DNA from: Lepidodermella squamata | Taxonomy: Eukaryota > Animalia > Gastrotricha | Length of the DNA: 64,000 nt | Reading direction: 5' to 3' | Assembly (NCBI GenBank): GCA_047495785.1 | Contig: JBLDXI010000017.1 | Coordinates: 3,472,001 to 3,536,000, forward strand | In this document: one piece after another, positions 53,710 to 64,000 of the stretch | How positions within the stretch are numbered: position 1 is the first letter of the stretch | Layout: each line of letters begins with the position of its first letter | Translations under genes and position numbers: made by a program | The notes under the pieces: model-generated | Databases searched by the model: none | What the model was told of the DNA's origin: nothing | The model's input: only the letters and a program-made list of their open reading frames with translations

Positions 53710-56700
53710 GTGGCAGTAGCTGGAGGAACGGGAGTAGGAACAGGAACAGGGCATGGTGCAAAACTTGGAGGTATAAAAAGGGGACACACCTATAATGACG
53801 GCGAGATAAAATGATGTTTTAAAAATATTCGAGTGGAAAATAACACCGGCAAGGCATGTCTAGTTAATGTATGCATGCCAGGGGCAAAAATATTTACACC
53901 GGCTGGCACTGTCGTTTGGTGATGCCGGTGTGGGTGCAACCGTATAAAGCGCCTTACAGTCAAGAATATCGAAGCGACAGTAATCGACTGGGCTCCACAA
54001 CAATCGGTGTACACACTGGCTAACATTTACGCGCGTTGCTTAGCACCACTAAGCTATTGATGATACCGTGCTCTTAGCGCTACTCTACTACAATAAGGTG
54101 CGATCGCCTCATTGTCAATTCTAAATCTCGCCTCGGGAGATATGAGAAATCGCCAATCGCGATAGCTAAAGCATAATTCGATTGGCGGTTTATAGCAGTG
54201 CACTGAGTCTATAAAATGGATATTGGCTAATTAATTGGAACCGCCGCCATCATCATGAAAAAAATCTAGCATTTGATTTTTCACGTGGCGCATTCAAGTT
54301 GAATATCATATATTTTCAAATGGGCGGCTCTACCAAAGAAAACTACAAGTAATAGGAACAGCTGTTTTACCTATCGATATTATCACTAGAGTCAAAAGAA
54401 CTGATAATATTTCAACTGCCGCCCACAACAACCTGCTTGGGTCATTCGACGATAATTAAGTTGGCTCCCACGCCCACGCTAAACACAACGGCAAAAATGT
54501 GAGCGATTGGCTAAAAAGACTAAATATATTGAAATCCCCAGTGAAGATAATCTCGTGTAAGGCGAATACCAATAGACTACCTGAACAAGGGAAGCCTATT
54601 TCTTATGAGCATCTAGGATAAGTATTGTATAAACACGGCCGTATAACAAGTACGCGTGCGGGCCTCGTGACTCGGACGGCGGCGTCTAAGCTCCGCCCAT
54701 CGGCGCCGGTTGGTCGCTGCGTGCGCGACAGTCATAATATAAGCATTTATTACTGATGTAGGCCAATATTAAATGGCGCGACAGCGATGTGTCGTTTACA
54801 TCTAGGTGACGCCAGTCCTCCCACTTATTGCCTTTTGCAATGATAAGATGGCCCATCACATTATGTGGCCGGGCAAGAGTTGGAGATGATACTAATCAGA
54901 TGATCTCGTCCTCCCTTACTCGCGCACTCGTGTTATGATAGAAGCGTGTCTCATCAACTGGAACTTGGTAGCCATTGTTTGGCGCCAGAGGAGGCAAAGC
55001 TTAAAGAATAGGCTATATTACTCGAAGAGATGACCACTGTTCCGATCGTTTATCGTGATAGGTAATGCGCGCGTGCTAACCGCGATACTGAGCGCGTCGC
55101 GCCCCACAACAATAGGGCATATGTCGTAAGGCAAATGACTCCGCAACACAGCGGGAAGGATCAGAGAAATAATCGCCAAATCGCGTTTAACCGATTAGAA
55201 AACGAAACTGAGTCAGCGCCATGGCATATAATTCTCGACTTGGAAGGAAAGGAGATGGAATAAAAAAGTTGTTGCGGTGATTGCAATTTTGACTAAATTT
55301 TAGGCAACTGCGTCGGATGGTGATGTCGATTGCACGTTGTGTATCACGGTAGTAGGTGGGCCTCACCTGGGTGCCCTCTTGAGCGGGCAAAATCCGCGGG
55401 TGCACGCGCGGGGATAAACCTTTAGCCGCCCGGCACGCGCTGCGCGACATGCCTGTTGCGTCCGGCAGCTAAGCCCTGATATTGCCACTTTGATGTCCGG
55501 TTGTTAATCTGTTCAACAAATAGCCTCAGAGCAGCCGCCGATTTTGACGCCGAAAGAACAGCTGGACAAGTGCGCGACACTCGATATCGTTGATAGCATG
55601 ATATGCGGAACCAGTTAATCGCCGCCTATTTTAGTCGACTACTGGTGCCCTCTAATAACTACACACTTTCAGGCAAATTGGGATGCGAGTTATTCCCTTC
55701 GACAGTCTTTTCGATTTGTTTTCTCATTTATTGACTGACTGCTTATAGTCTTCAAATACTGGTAACCAAGTAGCCAAGTATTTTGAATGGAAGTTCTTGC
55801 GCAATAAAGGCGACGATAAAATATTCTCGGGTAGAATTCCACTGCCACTCTTCGCTGCCACCAACCAGCCCGCGTGAGGTTTAGTACAGACTGCGCCTTA
55901 AAGATAAAATAGGACGTCAAATTTCAGTCGTTAGATTTTCAGAACGTAGCGCTGCCAATTTTAACCCGTAATTTGAACAGGTGAGCGCGACCGGATTTTT
56001 CGGGAAATGTTTCTTCATTAAGGAAATAAAAAAAATTGTCCTACTTCTGATCGCCGGAAAAGGGACTGCGCTGTGAACATTTTATTTATCTTGCTCAACA
56101 TATCTGAATATTTTCGGTAATATTTCAGAAATAGATAATTTATTTTAGATAAGGCATGCATCGATAAGGATTCGAATTCGAAAATTATTTTTGGCTGTGA
56201 CTCGGAATATTTCGGATCAATGGCCAGTTGATTTTTCGGGATAAATTGTCGTAGGACTGTTTGATGGCTGCTTTTAAGTTGGCCCCTGTGTTACGTTTCA
56301 GGGTAATGTAAAAACAACGTTTGGAATTTTTTTTAACTGATAAAATTTGATTCTGGATTGAATGTGAGAGCTTTTGCCGGCCAATTTCGTCGACAACTCT
56401 TCGCGTTAACCTCCACGGTCTCTGTCCAACGATAGAATTCTATCGCGATTTTTATAGCTGCATTGTTCACAGGCGTGCAGCATTTCAATCCGCCAGTTTA
56501 ATTTGCGTTTTTCATCTTTCATCAATATATTATAGCTTATTTTCCACTTCCCGCTTGCATCAGCATTCGCGAGATTCAAAGCCACAAAATCAACCATTGT
56601 CGCCTTGAATTCCTGTTTGAAACTCCGATAAGGATACCTTCTCAAAATATTTTGTCAAAATATCCATGATTATTTGGGTTTCTGAAGTTGCCATTTTATT

Positions 56701-56988
56701 TCAAATGCACCGGAAACATAACAATAACAGAAAAATGAGCAAATAAACGTTGCGCCGGTTGTTTTCACACAACAATTAGGTTTCACTCGTAAATTTTCGT
56801 TGATGTGCAATACAATCCCAGCCATTCGTGGGAGTTCGTTGAACATAAAAGCAGAGGTTCCCGTCATGTTATAGACATTAACAAAAATTCCACGACTAGT
56901 TGCGAGTTTAAATCGCTGAGAAAATACTTTACTTTTGAGGTAAAAACTGTAACTCATGCGGACAATAACAAAAATAACAACGCAAGAG

Positions 56989-58147
56989 CTAGGCTGTGTC
57001 CATGACATTAGAAAAACTCGATTGATCGCTCGCAGCCGAGTGAATTAAAATTGAAGCATTTAGCGGAGGTTCAACAAAAACCGACGGGAACGCGTGATCT
57101 ACACAAGTCCCCCCAGCAACCTGGTCTCTCGTTGATGACGTCGATGAGTGGATTTTTCGTTTAACTCTTAGCTGCGAAGCTTCTTTCGAAGCTGGGCTAA
57201 GCTGTTTTGCCGAGTTGCGAGCTCTTGTATTCGGAGATAAGGTTTCCATTTCGGAACACGTCCGCTTGGCGGAAAAGCGATATGAATACGGCGAGCCCAT
57301 GGCTGGGTTCATGTTCGGACTGTTGAAACTTCCGGCCCGTTTTGTTATCCTGGGAGGAGTTAAATTCATGTCGTCCTTTTTATCGCCGTCCTCTGATGAA
57401 AATAAACAAGTGAAGGGAATTATTGGAGAAATATTGAAGCTTCTAACCTGGACAAAAATGAAGGTCGGCTAAAATAGCACTTGCCGAGCCTTCAAAATCG
57501 AGCGCCATGACAGATTCTGATGAAACGTTCCGGGGCCGGCGTGACTGCGACTCAGTCGCTGGACGGCTGTTGAAGCTGCACACACGGTTGAACGAACCAA
57601 CCAATTCTTGCTCAGGATCAAAATCTGAGCACTCGTCGTCAGCTTCGCCTAGATCATTTTGCGTCAACTAGGTAAAATCAATATTTAATAATTCGTAAAA
57701 TATTTGATTCAATTTTTTTCTAACCTCACTGGCTTTTGGCACATCGACATTGTGTACTGTTACATCTTCTTCGATCAGCATTTTATTTGACTAAAATTTG
57801 CAGAATTTTTAGGTATTTTTCCCCCGAAATAGTTCAATTCAACTTACATCAGCTGCTTCGTCTTCGAAATCCTCTTCCAAGTACTCGCCGGTCGAGCAGC
57901 GCCTGAATCTAAGAGGCTGGCCGCTGAATCTATGCTTCTGCCCGATGTAGTTCGCTTTTCGCCGGCGTCGATGCATTCGAACTGAGTTGGAACGCATGAC
58001 TGGCGCCGAATCGGTGGAAGATTCGATGTCGGTGTTGTTTTCGACAAGGTTCTTAGATATCGGAACGGAATCGGCATTTTGAAGGCCGCGCACACCCCTT
58101 GAAGAGTTAGAATGAAGAGAGGGCGCCAATTCGCTGTCGCCGTACAT
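56989..58147 (-). CDS. Uncharacterised Ser/Arg-rich, probably disordered protein (~330 aa)
   Basis: Four in-frame exons (58147-57848, 57790-57725, 57667-~57448, 57392-56989) with canonical short introns. No folded domain recognised. Confidence 0.7.
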
Positions 58148-58414
58148 AAGAAAGTAAAAATCTATTCAATACACATTTAGTAATTAGCGAAAAGTGGTCT
58201 TCTAAGCGTTAGTACATACGTACAATCCCCTGGATAACCTCAAAATACGATTTCTGATTTCATGCGGAGTTTTATTTTAGAACTCAACTCTCACCAGAAG
58301 CTCATATGCAATCGAGGAAAGATTTTAGTAAACCATATCGCATGTTTTTAAAAAGCCGTCGAACTAGCACACTTCTGAATGGCAACTGATCGCAGGTACC
58401 AACTTGATAACAGC

Positions 58415-59402
58415 TCAGGCCAGCATAAGAATCGCCTGGTTGAGGAGCATTTGCGTCTCAGCTAGCGAGGCCAGGTACGAAACGATGAGAGAATCGTGCT
58501 GCTCCTTTTCGCCACAGCCACTCGCAACAGCGGCTTGTTGAGGGAATGATAGTGACAGTGGAAGCGAGTTCAACAACGCGAGAATGCGCCGGGCCGTGTC
58601 CGATTTTCCTTCTGGTGTCAGGCGACCAGCAACAATGTCGTCGACTTGCTGCTGCAACGTGACCAGGGCTTGTCGCAGGCTTTTCACAAAAGACACCATT
58701 TGCTCTCGGGGATCTGTGCGGCCAAAACCTTGCGCCGTCAACAGCGCGGTATTATTGGGATTTGTTTTGGTTCCTTCCATCAGGGAAACTGAAAAATATC
58801 AAACATAAGTCTAAGGTTTAAGGTTTTGATTAAAGACACTTACATGCTACAAGATCGAGGGGCGTCGGGGTCACATTGACTGGAATAGGCGCGAACATAA
58901 TACCGTGGCTTGGCTTGTCAGGAACACCGAACCTTTGGCCGACATATGCGTTCAGATCAACCTTGTTCTTGCGTAACGACGCATCAACCGTCAGGTGCAC
59001 ACTTGGAGTAGTCGCCAGCAGATGCCGTTGTTGCGCTTCCGAGAGGCCCAGTTGATGGAAAGCGCGCTGGTGGAAGAAGTCATGGAAAATTGTGCTGACG
59101 GCAGTGAGTTCCAGCCCAGTCGCGAACCAACCGATGATGTACTCGGTCGGATTAGCCAGCTGCTCGTTGGCCATGCAAGTGCCAACGGTTTTTTTGTCCA
59201 TGTACAGCGATCCGTCAGTGTCTTCCTCGAATTGGACCGGGAAGCACTGCGTGGCTTCGTAAACACCCTGCCCGTCATAGGTTCCCAATAAAGCGCCAAC
59301 AACACGCCGATCAGCACGTGGGCGCTTCTCGTACATCTGCGCAATCTGGAACAAAACGACCGGACGAACCTTCAAAGTAGCACCACCAGCAGCCCAGACC
59401 AT
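58415..59402 (-). CDS. EIF3F: Eukaryotic translation initiation factor 3 subunit F (MPN domain)
   Basis: VRPVVLFQI..YEKR, RVVGALLG, CFPV, IIGWFATG, VHLTVDASL, GIMFAPIP and HDSLIVSYLASLAETQ. One intron. Confidence 0.9.
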
Positions 59403-59815
59403 TGTCAATAGAATTTACTCGTAAAAACTAAAGTCAGAAGCCAGATAAACAAAACTTTTTTATATTCCTGATCTTCGAATTCGAATTCGTAGTAAACGCA
59501 AGAAAGAAAGATGATGGTGGATTGAGGTTTCAATCGCTTGACTACAGCTCATAACGTGCGTTGACGAATATGCGACCACAAAAACGCAGGTAAGCAAAAA
59601 AACCAATTTTAGATATATGAAAGAAACACTCGTAGAAGAATCGCATTAGCAATGAGCTCGACGTCAACGATTTTCGATCATGTTGCAACGTTTTATAAGT
59701 AAAAATCACCTTCATATAACGAAGAAGGGCGACACGAAACCCCGAGTTCACAGAAATAATACAAGGATCACTTGTTAACGAATTAAGCAAACGGCAATTC
59801 GAAAGCTGCGATCAA

Positions 59816-61132
59816 TCAACAACGAGATAGTGGGTGAGGAGCGGCAGCAGCATCTGTCGCGCCTTCCGATCTCCGGCCTCCCAGACGATTCAAAGCTGAT
59901 TTGCGGTTTGAGCTGGATTTAGCTCTGGGCTTTTCGGCACCAAGGCCTGGAATGGTGCGCACTTGAAAAATTTACGAACGATGTAAAGAGTAACCAATTA
60001 ATGAGTACCAAAAACTCACTCAATAATGAACCACGCTGTTCAATACGTGCTTTGCCAACGGCACCGCCACCGTCTAAGCGAGAAACGGCGCTTAATTTTT
60101 TATCGGGCATTACTGATCCAGACGCGCCCTGCCGTGGTCCCAAACGTTTGAGCGCGTCGCCTTTGAGCGTTGTTTTCAGGTTTCGAATAAGAACTGGTTC
60201 AAGTACTTTTTGCTGCGGCGCGGCAAGTCGTGATAAATTGTTTACAGGTTCGGGCGGAGGTAAATTTTTGTCCCGCCCGCCGTCAGCAGCCATGAGATCG
60301 CTACGCATTTTGCTACGGCCAACTAGCAAATTAATTTTTGTCATAATGATTTTGTCATTTGAACGTTATGAAATCGGCTAAACATACTTTCATCTGAATG
60401 GCGGTCCTCCGGATCTCTTGTTGCTGCCGAATTGGCAACGGAAAGCATGCGTAATGCTCTGGCCGTCTCGCCTCTGGCGACCCCGGCGTCCTCTGAGCGC
60501 ACAACACGCAAACGATGTATAGCCGATGTCCGAGATGGCTCTTTTGTTTCGCGCTGGTCTTTGAGTTGCTGTAATACAAAAGGAATGTGTGAATACACGA
60601 GAGCCTGAAACGCCCTACTTACTATATGAACAGGACTTCGTTTATGTGAATCGACTTCCATGTCATCGTCAGTCAGATCTTCGTCAGAATATTCGTTCCG
60701 CGATTTCGGGCGGTTGCTGCGACTGGAATTCGTCACTACAATTCAATTTAATTCAAACGAGACGTCAGAATTTTGCGTTTACATACCACTTTTTTCTTTG
60801 CGGACATCCCCGGATAGCCGCTTAGGCGGTTTTCGGTCATCATGCCTGCGAGAATGTCTTTTCCGGTCATCGGAGTCGTCACTAGCATTATCATCTTCGT
60901 CCATATCAGACTTTCGATCGTCAAGTATTTTTTGCACTTCTTTCTTTATTGCCAGCTGATCTCCGAATCGCGTAATTCCAAGTTCCTCGAGCTCTGAGCG
61001 CGATAAATCAACAACATATTCCAAGCGCAGGCGTTCGTTTGCGAAAATGTCTGCGTATTTTGCGATGCTGTGACTAGGAAGACCGGCGGCTGTAAATAAA
61101 GACTGCCAAACTTTACGCGACGGAATAGCCAT
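59816..61132 (-). CDS. C19orf47: C19orf47-like SAM-domain protein
   Basis: WQSLFTAAGLP...KYADIFANERL...DLSRSELEELGITRFGDQLAI, followed by a low-complexity tail with repeated (K/N/S)RL(G) motifs. Several short introns. Confidence 0.75.
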
Positions 61133-61338
61133 AACAAACTTGAAATAAATCTCTAAACAAATCAAAGATGAGATAGAAAAGTCCAAACAATAGTTGAAGC
61201 GCAAAGTTAGATCAGCGCGTCTATTCAGCCTGGAAGGTGAGATAATAATTTGCGTGCAGACATGGTAATGGTGGTTGCAAGTAATTCCTACTGCTAGAAG
61301 AACGATATGCAATAGTAAATATTGCCAACTTTACAGCG

Positions 61339-61904
61339 ATGATGAATGATTTAGCGAAAGTTATCAGCTTTGTCATTTTTGCTATCATAATTTATTCCGC
61401 AACACCTGGTGGGTTGAAATAACAAATAGATTTAATAACCGAATTTTCATGCGGAAATTTTTACCAAAGCTGAATCACAGGTATTCATGTCATGCTACGA
61501 ATGCAAAAACTGCGACTTCTCGAAAAATGAACCGAAGCAAGTGATGTGCGAGGTAGGATCAGAATTACTTGGAATCGAACCTTGGAAATCAGCAAATGCT
61601 TTCGTATTTTTTTAGATAACCAAACGATGCGCGGTAAGTAACGCTAACTTGAATGTTTTAACATTATTCTTTGCTAATAATATAGAAAATCGAATACAAC
61701 GCCGTGGTATATCACCGGACAGATCGAATGTGCGTAGATCGCTGCCCGGTAGGAATGCTTCAGAACTTGGGATTTGTCAAATATCACTGCTGCTTTGGAG
61801 ATGGATGCAACCGAGCGACTTCTGTTACGATTCAAAGTCTAGCAACTGACAAAGCTATATATGCCCTCAAGGTTATATTAATGTTCAAAATATTCGTTTC
61901 ATGA
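61339..61904 (+). CDS. Ly6/uPAR (three-finger) domain protein, probably GPI-anchored
   Basis: Exons 61339-61408, 61470-61552, 61616-61633 and 61686-61904. Signal peptide, ten cysteines from SCYECKNC to CCFGDGCN, and a hydrophobic C-terminus. Confidence 0.88.
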
Positions 61905-62274
61905 GTATGCATTCATTCATAATAAATTCACCTTTTTTCTAAGAGTCCATTCTTGCCTAATGTTTGCATCTTTGTTACCGGGTTCAGAGCTTAGGATTCG
62001 CAAAAATCATATTTCTCGATAACCGAAAGTAGAGAGCAGGAGTCATTCTAAATAATATGCTGGTAGCTGTCAGTCAAGTATAGCTATCAATCGATCGACT
62101 ATCAATAATCAAGATTCAGAGTTAAAGACATCAAAAACGATAACAGATCAGATCTGGGATAAAAAATGCACACTGAGCTTCTCTAGCAGAGAAGAGAAAG
62201 CTTGCTTTCATGAAAATAAGAGACAAGATAGGAGAAATGGCTGCGGTAACACTCGAAAACTTGAAAAGAAGCAT

Positions 62275-62750
62275 TCAGCTTGGTGATCACTTCTTCCAAG
62301 ACAGATAAAGGTTTTCCATATACCGAATAACGAAGGCCCCGTTTGGACGATCGCCAAACACCAAGGGAGGAGAATATCGGTGTCGCAGCGCTCAGCTAAT
62401 GGAGCGAGCGTTCGCGCCATCTCATCTCAACTCTGTCGCAACTGCGACGTCCCCTTGTCTGAAAACTCATTCCGATTAACCACTGCGAACCTTTCGTTTC
62501 CCAAATATCTTTGAAAGAGATTCATGAAAAACGTATTGATTTGACTCATTTGCAAGCCGGTGATTAGGCAAGTTCAGTATAGCAAGAAGGACACCAAACG
62601 AGGAAATAGAGACGGAAACAAAAACCTAACCGGTTCCACCCTAAAATTCGGTCAAGTTTATTTGAAGAAAGATGTTTTAGTTAGCTTTCATTGCTTAAGG
62701 CCAGTTGATTTTGATTTTATTAGAAATATTGTGACAAAAGCTTTGCATAT
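62275..62750 (+). mobile_element. Possible Penelope-like element RT remnant
   Basis: Across frames, in the expected order: LVITSSKTDKG, KEIHEK (degenerate PKIHK), CKPVI (RPI) and KKDVLVSF (lvSFDV). Heavily disrupted. Confidence 0.4.
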
Positions 62751-63490
62751 ATAGTAATAATTAGTACCAATCAGCTATATTGGGAACCTTGACATATGTT
62801 GATGTCTTGATGCGCGCGCCCGCAGTTTTGGGACTGGGTTATTCGTTTCCAACCTTCGCGAAGACCGATCCCCTACGGATGCGATGGATCTAAATCTATC
62901 CTAGATCTAGAACATTTACTGCCAACTGCCTAATCTACTGACGACTGAGTGTGTGCGTGCAAGAGATGGCCTGACAATCTGATGACAAACGACGATGTTA
63001 ACAGTCAACTGAGCCAGTTTACTTATTCGCAATTTGCAGGGATTTCATGATTTTCAGTTTCAACATAACTCGTACCTAGACGCCGAATAGAAACGATCGA
63101 TGATGTTGAGCTCTCTTGGCTTTCCCTACAGTTTACATGTTCCAAGATTGCTTCATTATGATCGAAGATCGCACACTTTCTCTGTAAACGGTGGCTAACA
63201 CATATTCAATGCTAATAATTATTCATGTGGGTTAGCATTTGGCACAAAGTATCGCTTAGCGGCTATAGTTTGTTGAGGCTCATGCATATTCAATTTTAAT
63301 GCTTGTTTACTAGCTAGTGCAGCGATGCTGGTCTTGCTTTTCGCAAAATGATGCTCGGTAATCGAGTTTTGAGTAGGTATTACTTTTTGCTCCAGCACTG
63401 TTAAAGGTTTTGTACTTTTTGGTTGCTGATCGCCCTAATTTCTGAGAAGTAATTTGATTTGAATTAACGTAAATAGGTTTTAAAACGATC

Positions 63491-64000
63491 ATGCCCAGCC
63501 AACCAGTTGTCATTCGCGAGCTTGCAGGCACATTCGACAATCAGGCTGATGTGTGGTTCGATTTCGAAAAGTCGTTTCCTCACGATGCTATTCGCCATTG
63601 GTTCCAGAACCATAAGCACTGGAGCATATACCTGGGCATTGCTTACATCATAATCACATTGGCTGGGAAGCGTCTGATGGAGAAGCGCGAACGCTTTGAG
63701 CTACGATCTTTATTGCTGCTGTGGAATTGTGTTATGGCTGTTTTCAGTCTTTTTATCGCTGTACGTGTTAGCCCGTTTTTCTTTCGGCGTCTATATCATT
63801 CAACTGTGGTAAGATCAAGCATGCCAAAATGCGCGTTATCTCCAATTTAATCATTTTCAGTATGGAGCTGTATGTGACGGAAATTATGGTATTACAGCTT
63901 TCTCTTTTTTTAATAATTTCTTGAATCAAACTTTTATCCGCCGCCAACAGAAAATACAACCCCGGTAATATCTAAGCGTTTTTAATATGCTAATGCTAAT
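63491..64000 (+). CDS. ELOVL6: Fatty acid elongase (ELOVL6/ELO family), partial
   Basis: FDFEKSF, WSIYLGIAY, MEKRERFELRSLLLLWN..MAVFS. Continues through small exons 63861-63888 and 63951-63964 and off the window. Confidence 0.85.

Noticed and set aside
53852-53932. p53-like half-site AGGCATGTCT and a short hairpin (acaccggc...gccggtgt) upstream of Delta
   Set aside because: The second half-site is imperfect and 9 bp away. The hairpin is too short for a pre-miRNA call.
56406-56988. ORFs downstream of the orphan gene with faint L1/Tx1 zf-RVT resemblance (WKISY..KLNWR..CEQC)
   Set aside because: Too weak to call either a gene or a transposon without a profile search.

Overview
Gene-dense nuclear DNA from a compact animal genome. 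It carries a Delta-type Notch ligand, a Ly6/three-finger gene and a MARK/PAR-1 kinase, uses the standard code, and has GT-AG introns mostly about 45-62 nt long. I cannot name the taxon. About 21 intron-containing protein genes were built by eye: RRP12 (partial), PRORP, calmodulin, a LigB/DODA-family dioxygenase, TRAPPC1, TMEM164, BCAS2, SRPRB, Angel, LRPPRC, an NHL-like orphan, NPHP3-like, PPP5C, MARK, eIF4A3, Delta, a disordered orphan, eIF3f, C19orf47-like, Ly6 and ELOVL (partial). There are also several decayed retroelement fragments and two identical degenerate tRNA-Asn copies inside a ~600 bp palindrome. Three signals stand out. (1) Co-directional housekeeping genes sit as little as 66-113 bp apart with splice acceptors just upstream of the ATG, suggesting operons resolved by trans-splicing. 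(2) An intron-bearing LigB dioxygenase, a family unusual for animals, heads one such chain. (3) The tRNA-like palindrome has perfectly homogenised 194-bp arms inside diverged flanks. Identities come from remembered family motifs, not database searches, and exon boundaries are manual. I see no unambiguous wholly new system; the findings are testable leads.
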